Counted from the stretch's first letter, positions 22,383-31,559 are shown. The stretch is 64,000 nt of DNA from an uncultured SAR86 cluster bacterium (GCA_902562135.1 CACESE010000006.1:7231-71230); one strand, 5' to 3'. Numbers and translations are program-made. The notes: a model not told the origin generated them from the letters alone.

Positions 22383-23259
22383 AAAATTTGGGTTCGTTTC
22401 TTTGACCGGAAGAACTAACGTAGGAAAGTCGACTCTTCTAAATGCTTTTTTCCAAAAAAAAATTGCGATAACTTCAAGGAAACCACAAACGACCAGAAAT
22501 AGAATTTTAGGTATTTTCTCAAGAGGAAGTAATCAAATTGTTTTTCTTGACTCTCCAGGCGTTCATACTGGATATAAAAGAGCTCTAAATAAATATATGA
22601 ATAAAACAGCCAAAGCGTGTTACGAGGAAGTCGATTTAGTAGTTTTTGTCGTAGACAGAGATAAGTGGCAAATTGAAGAGGATAATATTTTAAAAAATCT
22701 TAAAGAACTAAAGAAACCTGTATTATTAGTAATTAATAAAATTGACAGAATAAAAAATAATAACAACATTTTGCCAATTATAAATGAGCTTAGCTCTAAG
22801 CACTCTTTTGAAGCAATTATGCCCGTCTCAGCTTTAAAAAAAATGGAAGTCGATTCATTGCTTTCAAAAATAATTGAAACTATTCCATCTGGAGAATTCC
22901 ATTACCCAATTGAAAATGAAAAAGAGTTTTCTAAATCTTTTTATATATCAGAAATAATTAGAGAAAAAGCAATCAACAGGTTAGGTGACGAATTACCTTA
23001 CAGAATTAATGTAGAAGTGGAAAAGATTGACGAAGAAAAATCTATTCAACATATTCACTCAAACATTTACGTTGAGTCTTCAAGTCAAAAGGCTATTTTG
23101 TTAGGAAAGAATGGAACAATGATTAAATCAATTGGAATATCTTCAAGAAAAGAGCTGGAAAGAGAACTTGAATCAAAGGTAAATTTGCAGTTGAGAATAA
23201 GAGTTAAAAAAAATTGGACTAACGACGTCAATCTTTTGTCTAAATATGGGTACGAATAA
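22375..23259 (+). CDS. era: GTPase Era
   Basis: GRTNVGKST, KPQTTR, NKID, KH domain (ELPY...VKKNW). Confidence 0.95.
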   Translation: MDKKFGFVSLTGRTNVGKSTLLNAFFQKKIAITSRKPQTTRNRILGIFSRGSNQIVFLDSPGVHTGYKRALNKYMNKTAKACYEEVDLVVFVVDRDKWQIEEDNILKNLKELKKPVLLVINKIDRIKNNNNILPIINELSSKHSFEAIMPVSALKKMEVDSLLSKIIETIPSGEFHYPIENEKEFSKSFYISEIIREKAINRLGDELPYRINVEVEKIDEEKSIQHIHSNIYVESSSQKAILLGKNGTMIKSIGISSRKELERELESKVNLQLRIRVKKNWTNDVNLLSKYGYE

Positions 23260-23262
23260 ATA

Positions 23263-23291
23263 TTGTAATTTTTGGCAGTTTGTACTAGAAT
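23263..23291 (+). promoter_or_regulatory. Sigma70-type promoter for the riboswitch-peptide unit
   Basis: TTGTAA-N17-TAGAAT; predicted start near 23298, exactly at GTAATCGTTC. Confidence 0.65.
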
Positions 23292-23297
23292 TGCACA

Positions 23298-23435
23298 GTA
23301 ATCGTTCATCTTTTGCACTATTTAAATGCATGAGACGGAAGTAGGAAGATAGGAAAACCTCTTTCTTCCAATGGGAGGAAAGGTTAGCAAGTACCGAATG
23401 CGGGAACGAGACCGAATATCTAACGAAGGAACGCG
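23298..23435 (+). ncRNA. Glutamine riboswitch-like RNA (glnA motif) with expanded P3
   Basis: GUAAUCGUUC...P2 (UCUUUUGCA/UGCAUGAGA)...CGGAAGUA...GAAGGAACGCG. P1 is CGUUC (23303-23307) paired with GAACG (23429-23433); loop-E AGUA/GAA is present. Same core order as the cyanobacterial glnA aptamer. Confidence 0.8.
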
Positions 23436-23497
23436 TTGAGAAGGGTGTACGTCGGGAGACGTATGTACGAAATCGATACGAAAACTGGAGGCACGAT

Positions 23498-23662
23498 ATG
23501 GCTACTTACTATAGAGGCGTTAAAGTAAACTCTGATAACTCTAATTCTGAAGGAAGCACTTCAAAGGGTGGAATTTACAGAGGCATTAAACACGACGCAT
23601 TACAAAACAATAAGTCAGCTAAAAATCCTGGGATTTATCGCGGGACTAAAACAGCTGCATGA
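23498..23662 (+). CDS. 54-aa YRG-repeat peptide (DUF4278 / Downstream-peptide-like)
   Basis: GGAGG RBS at 23487-23491. MATYYRGVKVNSDNSNSEGSTSKGGIYRGIKHDALQNNKSAKNPGIYRGTKTAA. Below the ORF-track length cutoff. Confidence 0.85.
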   Translation: MATYYRGVKVNSDNSNSEGSTSKGGIYRGIKHDALQNNKSAKNPGIYRGTKTAA

Positions 23663-23683
23663 CTTTGTTTTAAGTTAAAAATT

Positions 23684-23713
23684 AGGGAGGCTTAACAGCC
23701 TCCCTTTTTTTTT
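23684..23713 (+). terminator. Intrinsic terminator after the YRG peptide
   Basis: AGGGAGGC-TTAACA-GCCTCCCT followed by a T run. Confidence 0.9.
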
Positions 23714-23733
23714 GATAAATTAATCAGAAAAAA

Positions 23734-24459
23734 TTGAAACATTCAAGGTTCTCATCTAAGGCTATACTTTTACATTCAGCTAATTTTAAAGAAACTAGTT
23801 TAATTGGAACTTTTTTTACAGATACATACGGTCTAATTAAATTAGTCGTAAAGGGAGCAAAAGCAAAAAAAAGTAGATTTTCAAACATAAAAGTTCCTGG
23901 AGCTGTTTTTGAAATAGAATTTGGCGGAAGAGGAGAATTAAAAAATCTTTATACATCTGAAATTATCGACTCTGTAGTTATAGATGAATCTAATTTAAAA
24001 ATTCATCTTTACTTGCATGAAATAATAATTAGAACCTTAGAATTGGAAGCGCCAGTAAAACCAATTTTTGAAAGTCTATTAACTATACTCAAAGAAATAG
24101 AAAAGATAAGTGATGCATCTCAAAAGGAGATTAAATTGAGACAATTTGAATTTCAATTGATTTCAGAGTTGGGTTACGAGTTTAGTCTATTAAATGATTG
24201 CAATGGAAAAATGATTAAAAAAGATTCTTTTTACGAATTTATTCCAAATCAAGGCTTAAGAGAAACCAAAGAAACTAGTGAAATTAGTCGTTTGAACGTT
24301 TCTAAGGGAAGTTCAATCTTAAAATTTAGTGAGGGAGCTTTTGAAAATGATCAGTCAAAAAAATTTATTAAATATATAATGAGATCTTCGTTGGATACAA
24401 TATCGACAAAACCTTTAAATTCTTCAAGATTTTTTAGATTAAAAAAAGATGCAAATTAA
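23734..24459 (+). CDS. recO: DNA repair protein RecO
   Basis: AILLHSANFKETSLI, LRQFEFQLISELGY, KPLNSS; follows era. Confidence 0.85.
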   Translation: MKHSRFSSKAILLHSANFKETSLIGTFFTDTYGLIKLVVKGAKAKKSRFSNIKVPGAVFEIEFGGRGELKNLYTSEIIDSVVIDESNLKIHLYLHEIIIRTLELEAPVKPIFESLLTILKEIEKISDASQKEIKLRQFEFQLISELGYEFSLLNDCNGKMIKKDSFYEFIPNQGLRETKETSEISRLNVSKGSSILKFSEGAFENDQSKKFIKYIMRSSLDTISTKPLNSSRFFRLKKDAN

Positions 24460-24835
24460 AAATGGAATAGACCTGATAGAAATAAGCAGGATAAAAAAAT
24501 CTTATGATACTTTTGGAGATAGATTACTTAATAGAATTTATGACAAATCAGAAATAAATGTTTTTTTAAAAAAAAGTTTAGTTGCTAAAGCTCCATTCCT
24601 TGCTAAGAACTTTGCAGCTAAGGAGGCAGTATCAAAAGTTTTAGGCACTGGTTTTACAAAAGGAATAAGGCCTAAAGATATTGTTATCAAAAGAAAGTAT
24701 GGTGGCCCAGAAGTTGAGTTAAAAGGTAAAGCTGCAACATTTGCAAAAGAAATTGGTTTAAAACATATCAGTCTCAGTTTGACCGATACGAATTACAACG
24801 CTGCTGCGGTGGCAACAGGAATTTTTGAAGCGTGA
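24449..24835 (+). CDS. acpS: Holo-ACP synthase
   Basis: GIDLIEISRI, FAAKEAVSKVLGTG, ISLT. Confidence 0.9.
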   Translation: MQIKNGIDLIEISRIKKSYDTFGDRLLNRIYDKSEINVFLKKSLVAKAPFLAKNFAAKEAVSKVLGTGFTKGIRPKDIVIKRKYGGPEVELKGKAATFAKEIGLKHISLSLTDTNYNAAAVATGIFEA

Positions 24836-25476
24836 AGTTAATATTACTAGGACCGCCTGGTGCGGGAAAAGGAACTCAAGCCGAGTTAATCTCAAAAAAA
24901 TTAAACATTCCTCATATTTCAACTGGCGATATTCTTAGAGAATCTATAAGGAATAATACTTCGCTTGGCGAGCAAGCAAAAAAAATTATGGATCAAGGTA
25001 ATTTGGTATCTGATGAGATAATTCTCGGCATTATAAAGGAGAGAGTGTCTTTGAGAGATTGTAAAGATGGGTTTTTATTTGACGGATTCCCAAGGACTAT
25101 TGGACAAGCCGATGGTTTAAAAAAATTAAATATTGATATTAATTTAGTTATCGAAATCAGTCTTCCTGAAGAAACTATCATTTCAAGAATGTCAGGAAGA
25201 CGTATACATCCTCCTTCTGGAAGAAGTTATCACATAAAATTTAACCCTCCAAAGATTGATGGGAAAGACGACGAAACCGGTCAGGATTTAATACAAAGAG
25301 ATGATGACAAGCCTGAAACTGTTCTTGCAAGATTAGAAGTTTATAAAAAACAAACTGACCCTTTAATCGACTATTATCTAAATCTTCAAAAAAATTCAGA
25401 TCTCAAGTTTATTAAAATCAATGGAGCCAACTCACCCCAAGAAGTGAGTGAAGAAATCTTTAGAAGCTTTGAGTAA
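24832..25476 (+). CDS. adk: Adenylate kinase
   Basis: GPPGAGKGTQA, STGDILR, DGFPRT, LID domain. Confidence 0.97.
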   Translation: MKLILLGPPGAGKGTQAELISKKLNIPHISTGDILRESIRNNTSLGEQAKKIMDQGNLVSDEIILGIIKERVSLRDCKDGFLFDGFPRTIGQADGLKKLNIDINLVIEISLPEETIISRMSGRRIHPPSGRSYHIKFNPPKIDGKDDETGQDLIQRDDDKPETVLARLEVYKKQTDPLIDYYLNLQKNSDLKFIKINGANSPQEVSEEIFRSFE

Positions 25477-26146
25477 ATTTAAAAATATTTTAGCGATTGA
25501 AACTTCCGGACTTTATTGTTCAGTAGCTTTAAAATCAAATGGATTGATAACGCAAAAGGCGACTAAAGAAGCAAATAAACATGGGCAAGTAATATTAGAT
25601 TTTATAGAAGATTTGTTAACTAAATCTAATGTTAATAAAGCGGATATAGATTTAATTGCTGTGAGTAATGGTCCAGGATCATTTACAGGATTAAGAATAG
25701 GTTGTTCAGTTGCTCAAGGTCTAGCTTTTGCTAACAATATTCCACTCTTACCAATCTCAAGTTTAGCGAATTTAGCCTTTCAAGCTAATTGCGAATTTAA
25801 AAAAAGTAATATTTTTGTAATAACAAACGCACACATGAAAGAACTTTATATTGGCCACTATGAATTTTATAAAGATCAAATCAAAATACTAAAAAAAGAA
25901 AGCTTGATTAATCTTGAAGAACTTTCTGACCACATAGATGAAAATTCTAAAGAGACAATTTATGTAGGCGATGGGGTTGGCTTTTTAAGTAAAATTTCAA
26001 AAACAAATATATATGAAAATTTATATTCTCAAGCCAACAATATGTTCGGATTAATTAAAATTGCTTTAATAGATAAAAATTTTTATCTAGCTGAAGAGTT
26101 ATCTCCAAATTACCTATCGGGCGAAGATCATTGGCAAAAAAGTTAA
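25448..26146 (+). CDS. tsaB: t6A biosynthesis protein TsaB
   Basis: ILAIETS, GPGSFTGLRIG. Confidence 0.93.
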   Translation: MKKSLEALSKFKNILAIETSGLYCSVALKSNGLITQKATKEANKHGQVILDFIEDLLTKSNVNKADIDLIAVSNGPGSFTGLRIGCSVAQGLAFANNIPLLPISSLANLAFQANCEFKKSNIFVITNAHMKELYIGHYEFYKDQIKILKKESLINLEELSDHIDENSKETIYVGDGVGFLSKISKTNIYENLYSQANNMFGLIKIALIDKNFYLAEELSPNYLSGEDHWQKS

Positions 26147-26147
26147 T

Positions 26148-26915
26148 TTGATGGATATTTTAAGTATTTTTATTCTATCCTTGCTTCAAGGATTTACTGA
26201 ATTTTTACCTGTATCTAGCTCAGCTCATTTAATTCTTTTCTCAGAGCTTTTTGGGAACTCTAATCAGGATATTACTGTTGATGTTTTTGCTCACTTTGGA
26301 ACCTTGCTAGCAGTAATTTGGTATTTTAGAGAGGAACTTAAAAGAGTTATTAAAACCTATAAATTTTACGAAATAAATAATCTTGGTAATTGTTTGATAT
26401 TCAGTACCTTGCCGATATTATTTGTTGGATTTATCTCTAGAGACTTCATTGAAGCTAGTCTCAGAACCCAAAATGTAATTATTTTTTCGATGATATTTTT
26501 TGGAGTTCTTTTACTAATTTTTGAATACTTTAAAGGAAAAAAGACTTTGAATGACCTCAATTGGAAAGATTCAATTATCATTGGATTTTTTCAAGTACTT
26601 GCTCTAATACCAGGTGCTTCAAGATCAGCGGTAGTAATCATGGGCGCTATGTATTTAGGCTATCGAGCTAGAGACGCTCTTAAAGTAAGCTTTTTACTTG
26701 CGGTCCCAACTTTAGCAATGATTTTTCTTGGAGAAAATATCATTTTGGGATTTAGATACAATATTAATTTTTTTGAGCTAATATCTGTAACTTTCTTTTC
26801 TTTTTTGACTGCTTTATTAACCATTCATTTTTTTCTTAATTTGATTGATAGAATAGGGCTAATGCCATTTGTGATTTATAGATTTATCTTGGCAGGTATA
26901 TTATTTTTTATTTAA
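26148..26915 (+). CDS. uppP: Undecaprenyl-diphosphate phosphatase
   Basis: QGFTEFLPVSSSAHL, HFGT, PGASRS. Confidence 0.95.
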   Translation: MMDILSIFILSLLQGFTEFLPVSSSAHLILFSELFGNSNQDITVDVFAHFGTLLAVIWYFREELKRVIKTYKFYEINNLGNCLIFSTLPILFVGFISRDFIEASLRTQNVIIFSMIFFGVLLLIFEYFKGKKTLNDLNWKDSIIIGFFQVLALIPGASRSAVVIMGAMYLGYRARDALKVSFLLAVPTLAMIFLGENIILGFRYNINFFELISVTFFSFLTALLTIHFFLNLIDRIGLMPFVIYRFILAGILFFI

Positions 26916-27767
26916 AAAAGTTCTAAGACTCTGATTAGTGAGATTAAGATAAATTTTGTAAATAGAAGAAATAATTTTCAAGGGGATTGGCAAAGAAGTT
27001 TCTTTTAGAAAGTTTTTATTTTTTTTAAGTTCCTCGAACCATTTGTAAAGATTGGGATAATTTTTCTTGAAAGAAAACCCTACGGTCTCAAGTCTTCTCA
27101 GATAAACAAACCAGGCAATATCAACAATGGTTATATGTTCTGATATTATAAATTTGTTCTCTGATAATTTTTTATCAATTTTAGTAAGTTTTTTTTTGAA
27201 TACATTAATTGAATTAAGAACAGATTCTTCAGTAACTCCATTGTTTTCTATAAAATTTTTATGATATTCAAGTTGCATATTTTTTTCTTTATCTTCTAAA
27301 CCTTCAACAAAATTCGAAGCGCTTTCAAAATTCTTTATGTCTTTGTCTTTTTTCTTCATTAAGAAAGTAGGAGCTACAAATTTCATTGTGAGATTTCTCA
27401 AGTCAAAATGAATTTCATTTTCTTCTTCGAGAAATTCTTTAATCTTTTCATTTAAATTTTCGGGCCATAAGAAATTCGATTGAAACTTTTTATCCAAATG
27501 TTGAATTATGTCATTACTTTCTATGTAAACTTCTCCATTGTCTACAAGGACCGGCACAACACCCCTTGGATTAATACCTAAAAACCATTTAGTAAAATTG
27601 TCACCTTTGACTAAGTCTATGTGATAACTTTTCCAATCTATTTTTTTTTCATTTAAAAAAATTCTTAACTTTTGAGAACAACTGGACCCTTGAAAATGAA
27701 GGATATTTATTCCATGCCAATTTTTTACTTCATCAGTTGTTACATCAGTTTCTAAAAGTTTAACCAT
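26901..27767 (-). CDS. Glutathione S-transferase family protein
   Basis: SSCSQKLR, INPRGVVPVL, ESNDII, TIVDI. Confidence 0.85.
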   Translation of the reverse strand: MVKLLETDVTTDEVKNWHGINILHFQGSSCSQKLRIFLNEKKIDWKSYHIDLVKGDNFTKWFLGINPRGVVPVLVDNGEVYIESNDIIQHLDKKFQSNFLWPENLNEKIKEFLEEENEIHFDLRNLTMKFVAPTFLMKKKDKDIKNFESASNFVEGLEDKEKNMQLEYHKNFIENNGVTEESVLNSINVFKKKLTKIDKKLSENKFIISEHITIVDIAWFVYLRRLETVGFSFKKNYPNLYKWFEELKKNKNFLKETSLPIPLKIISSIYKIYLNLTNQSLRTFLNKK

Positions 27768-27805
27768 AATTAATGTTTGTAAAGAATATATTAATATAGA
27801 TAATC

Positions 27806-28537
27806 ATGAAATCTATTCAAGAACCTTTTGTGTCTTATCTCTCTGAAAAATCTAGAAAAAAAGCTGAAACTTTTTCTAAGAAGCATGGCTTGTTCTTGCA
27901 ATCTCCCAGGGAGGTAAGAAAATTTCATAACGATAAACTCATAATTTGGATAGGTCAGGAAGATACATACTTGCAAGATCTTTCAATAAAGAATTCAAAA
28001 CCGTTCAGTTTAAATTTTAGTAAGCATCAAAGCAGAAACAATAATAAAAATCTCCTACAAAGGTGTTTTTCTAAGTTCGATACTAGTTTTTCGGTCTACG
28101 ATCTTACTGCTGGATTTTGTTTAGATTCTTTTTTGATAAGCGAGCTCGGATTTAAAGTTAAAGCTTACGAGAAAGAATCATGGCTTTGTGAATTTACAAA
28201 AGAAAAATTGAAAGATCAAAAAATATTCAACATAAAAATAAAAAATAAGAACTCTTTAGATGTTATGGGTGAAATTGAAAATAAATCTATTATTTATCTC
28301 GACCCTATGTTCGGCGTCGACAATAAAGCATTTGCAAAAAAAGAGATGCATTTTTTGAGAAAATCTCTTAATGATGATCCAGATAAGGTAATCAACGCTT
28401 CTTTAGAATCTAAAGCGTGCTTGATAGTTGTTAAAAGGCATAAAGTAGATAAATTTAAAATAAAAAATAATCCTTCATTTGAGCTTCAGGGGAAAGTTGT
28501 CAGTTTTCAAGTTTATGATAGAAGAGAAAAATTATAA
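27806..28537 (+). CDS. rsmJ: RsmJ-like SAM-dependent rRNA methyltransferase
   Basis: DLTAGFCLDS, IYLDPMF, AKKEM, VVKR. Confidence 0.75.
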   Translation: MKSIQEPFVSYLSEKSRKKAETFSKKHGLFLQSPREVRKFHNDKLIIWIGQEDTYLQDLSIKNSKPFSLNFSKHQSRNNNKNLLQRCFSKFDTSFSVYDLTAGFCLDSFLISELGFKVKAYEKESWLCEFTKEKLKDQKIFNIKIKNKNSLDVMGEIENKSIIYLDPMFGVDNKAFAKKEMHFLRKSLNDDPDKVINASLESKACLIVVKRHKVDKFKIKNNPSFELQGKVVSFQVYDRREKL

Positions 28538-28966
28538 CCATCGTCTTGTTTTTGAAGAATAATCCTGCCAATCCTCCTTAAAAATTTTGGATAATTTGTT
28601 TTCTTCATGTTTTATCCAAGTAAAGTTAATTATTAAAAAGAAAACAGCTGCAACCATTAAAGAAGATAATGATTGGAGAGAAAGTGCTGTTCCTAATAGA
28701 ATCAAAAGCATGCCTAAATAAGTTGGGTTTCTCGAAATTCTAAAAGGCCCATCCACTACTAACTTTATAGGTTCGCCATCAGGTATAAATGTAGTTTCCA
28801 TTTTTGAAAGTTTTTTCAAGGAAATGTAAACCAATATGATTCCTAGCAAAACGACAAAAATTCCAAAAAAGATGCTTAAATTCAAGAGTACTGGATAAGT
28901 AAAATAAAGAACAGATTGAACGATTAGTGCAGATAATAAAATAACAGGTGGGTATGTAATTTTCAT
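28532..28966 (-). CDS. Isoprenylcysteine carboxyl / phospholipid methyltransferase family membrane protein
   Basis: LVVDGPFRISRNPTYLG, EE..L...F..W..Y...TRRWL; start moved to MKITYPP. Confidence 0.85.
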   Translation of the reverse strand: MKITYPPVILLSALIVQSVLYFTYPVLLNLSIFFGIFVVLLGIILVYISLKKLSKMETTFIPDGEPIKLVVDGPFRISRNPTYLGMLLILLGTALSLQSLSSLMVAAVFFLIINFTWIKHEENKLSKIFKEDWQDYSSKTRRWL

Positions 28967-28988
28967 ATTTAAATTATATAAAATTTTT

Positions 28989-31070
28989 TTAATCGGCTGG
29001 AAGACTTTCCAACCAAAGAGATGCAAGCATTCCCGCTACGTCCCTCTTATTTTCTGACCACGAAATTTCATCATTTGAATTAATCTTTAATAAATTAATC
29101 TCTTCAAGATCATCAAGAATTTTGCACATTCGTTCTTCCGCGTTGCTTAAGGAAAGGTCTATAAAGAAATCTTTTTTTATTTGAGGAAAAATTTCTATAA
29201 AGTCATTAATTAGATCATTTTTTTTAATTTTTTTTCTAGATTTATACATTACATAAGCCTGTAAAATTAAAAGATGTAAGATATTATTTTTATAAAACTC
29301 CATAAGGTTTTTTTCATTTTTACTTATTTCTAAAGTTTTGGGCATATCTGATTTATAAAATTTTAATTTTTTTATTTTTTCTATTATTTCGCTTGATGAG
29401 ATATTCGGTAGTTTTATTAATTCTGAATATTTAGAAATTTCTATTACTTTCCTTAGAACATCGAGGCGAAAGACGAGTCTTTCTTTATCAATTTCTTTGT
29501 CAGAAATATCACAAATGCTTGCAGCAAACAAACCTGAAGAAGTCACCACGGTTGCCTTATTTATATTGGTCATGATTTTACTTCCAAGTAGGGGGGTGAC
29601 TTCAAAAAGCCATGATTTTTTGTCAGTATCTTCACTTAAATCTATGGTATCTTTTTGCCAATTTGGTGCGTGCTTATCAAGAAAAGATTTTAGGTCTACA
29701 GGCTCTCCAAATTGAAGATATGCATTGCCTAAGTAACCTCTAAAATCACTTATAGTAGATAAAATTGAAGTTAAGTTTTCTTTTTTCTTTTTTTGTCCTT
29801 TAGCTTCTTTCAAATGTGATTTGCCTTCTAAAACTTTTTCATAGCTAATGGATATTGGTAAAAACTTTACATCTCTATCATCCATATCTTGAAAAGATTT
29901 GATAATCATAGAGATTATTCCCGGTCGCGGCGGAAGTAATCTACCAGTTCTTGTTCTTCCTCCTTCAGGAAAGAATTCTATTGAATACCCTCTTTGAAAA
30001 AGTTTTCTCAAATGTTCAAAAAAAACTTTAGAATACAATTTGTTCGGTCCAAATGATCTTCTCATAAAGAAAGCGCCCCCATTTCTTAGAATTCTTCCTA
30101 GAAAGGGCAGGTTAAGGTTTTTACCTGCAACAATTTGAGGGAGCATTAAATTATTTGTGTAGAGTTCATAAGATAAAGCGAGATAATCGATATGACTTCT
30201 ATGCGAGGGTGTATAAATTAAAGAATTTCCAACTGCTAAATTATTGATTTTTTCTATGCCTATGATTTCAAGTCCATCATAACGATTGTTCCAAAACCAA
30301 TTTAATGCCTTGTCATAAAGGTAAATAACAGGATAGGAAATATCCGAACAAATTTCCAAAGCATATTTATAAGCCTTTCTTTTTTGAATATTTTCTAACC
30401 TTGCAGATCCTTTTGACGTGACCTTTATTTCTTGTTTAACTGAAGATGAGTTAAGAATTGCATGTATGAGCGTTCTTTTATTGGAAATGTCTGGACCGAT
30501 CTTCGCTTGTCTGTTTTTTCTAAACCTAGCTCTCAAAAGTCTATCTGTTTTTAAAACTAAATGATCAGAACTTCTCTTTTGAGTAAATATTTCTTCTGTT
30601 TCTAGGGGCTTATGAAAAAAAACACTTGTTTGCCTTCCATTGAAAATAACTTTTAGAAAGTTTCTTAAAAAAGACCCTGCTTCCCAAGAATCTCTGAAGA
30701 TTAACTTTACCCAGTGATCTTGTCTGTCAGGTGCCTTGCCCCAAAAAACGTCCACAGGGATGATTATTTTGTCTTTACTTTTGGAGTCTCTAGCGAGCTC
30801 ATGCAATTCTCTCGGGCTTCTTCTTCTTGGCTTTTGCCATGGAAAAAGTCTTTTAGCTCCTTTAAGTTGAAAGAAATTTTTTTTATTTCTTTTTGGTAGA
30901 GAAAAATTGTTTCGTTTAGCAGTTTTTATTAAAGCGTTCAGATCAAAGGAAGACCCTGTAGAAAGAGCGTATACAACTTTTCTAGACTGGACAAGGCGTT
31001 TCACTTCCTCTGTCTCGAACTCAGCATCAGGGTTTATTAGAAAATTCAGCATCTTCTTTAAAATTACCAA
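28989..31070 (-). CDS. plsB: Glycerol-3-phosphate acyltransferase
   Basis: HRSHIDY, GAFFMRRSF, FFPEGGRTRTG. Confidence 0.92.
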   Translation of the reverse strand: MVILKKMLNFLINPDAEFETEEVKRLVQSRKVVYALSTGSSFDLNALIKTAKRNNFSLPKRNKKNFFQLKGAKRLFPWQKPRRRSPRELHELARDSKSKDKIIIPVDVFWGKAPDRQDHWVKLIFRDSWEAGSFLRNFLKVIFNGRQTSVFFHKPLETEEIFTQKRSSDHLVLKTDRLLRARFRKNRQAKIGPDISNKRTLIHAILNSSSVKQEIKVTSKGSARLENIQKRKAYKYALEICSDISYPVIYLYDKALNWFWNNRYDGLEIIGIEKINNLAVGNSLIYTPSHRSHIDYLALSYELYTNNLMLPQIVAGKNLNLPFLGRILRNGGAFFMRRSFGPNKLYSKVFFEHLRKLFQRGYSIEFFPEGGRTRTGRLLPPRPGIISMIIKSFQDMDDRDVKFLPISISYEKVLEGKSHLKEAKGQKKKKENLTSILSTISDFRGYLGNAYLQFGEPVDLKSFLDKHAPNWQKDTIDLSEDTDKKSWLFEVTPLLGSKIMTNINKATVVTSSGLFAASICDISDKEIDKERLVFRLDVLRKVIEISKYSELIKLPNISSSEIIEKIKKLKFYKSDMPKTLEISKNEKNLMEFYKNNILHLLILQAYVMYKSRKKIKKNDLINDFIEIFPQIKKDFFIDLSLSNAEERMCKILDDLEEINLLKINSNDEISWSENKRDVAGMLASLWLESLPAD

Positions 31071-31148
31071 TTGGTGGTATTATCCACAAAAATTTAGTCT
31101 ATTTAACATTGAAATCCATGTAGTATATGAATTTTACAATTTAATTTA

Positions 31149-31234
31149 GCCGAAGTGGCGGAATTGGTAGACGCGCTCGATTCAAAATCGAGTGCCCAAA
31201 AGGCGTGAGAGTTCGAGTCTCTCCTTCGGTACCA
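31149..31234 (+). tRNA. tRNA-Leu(CAA)
   Basis: Cloverleaf; anticodon arm CTCGA-TTCAAAA-TCGAG, long variable arm, GTTCGAG, CCA end. Confidence 0.95.
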
Positions 31235-31243
31235 GAGAAAATT

Positions 31244-31555
31244 ATGAACGAAATACAATTAATTACTGCCCAATCCTCTTCTTTTTTAGGCCCTCAATTA
31301 ATTTTGATAGGTGGATTTTTTCTTTTTATCTATTTTCTTATCATTAGACCACAAAACAAAAGAATGAAAGCTCAGAAAGAGATGATAGAAAATTTATCTG
31401 TAGGAGATGAAATTGTTATATCCGGAGGAATCGTGGGATCAATTTTAAAAATTTCTGAAAACTTTCTAACCATTAGAGCAAATAATTCAGAATTAATTAT
31501 TCAAAGGTCAGCCGTAAGCAGCGTCCTTCCAAAGGGAACAATCAAATCTTTATAA
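31244..31555 (+). CDS. yajC: Preprotein translocase subunit YajC
   Basis: YFLIIRPQNKR, GDEIVISGGIVG, VLPKGTIK; start moved downstream of the tRNA. Confidence 0.93.
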   Translation: MNEIQLITAQSSSFLGPQLILIGGFFLFIYFLIIRPQNKRMKAQKEMIENLSVGDEIVISGGIVGSILKISENFLTIRANNSELIIQRSAVSSVLPKGTIKSL

Positions 31556-31559
31556 GGTA

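Noticed and set aside
23085-23318. 77-aa minus-strand ORF over the era end and riboswitch start
   Set aside because: Antisense to era with no recognisable features; the plus-strand RNA explains the region
23330-23495. GGA-rich stretch suggesting a CsrB/RsmZ-type sRNA
   Set aside because: Most GGA motifs sit in stems or the aptamer core rather than hairpin loops; the glnA-aptamer pattern fits better
31080-31088. Single perfect DnaA box upstream of plsB
   Set aside because: Isolated 9-mer with no cluster; may be chance
31205-31243. ORF-track N-terminal extension of yajC (similarly 42190-42264 and 34946-35116)
   Set aside because: These extensions overlap tRNA genes or the divergent suhB; downstream ATGs give proper N-termini
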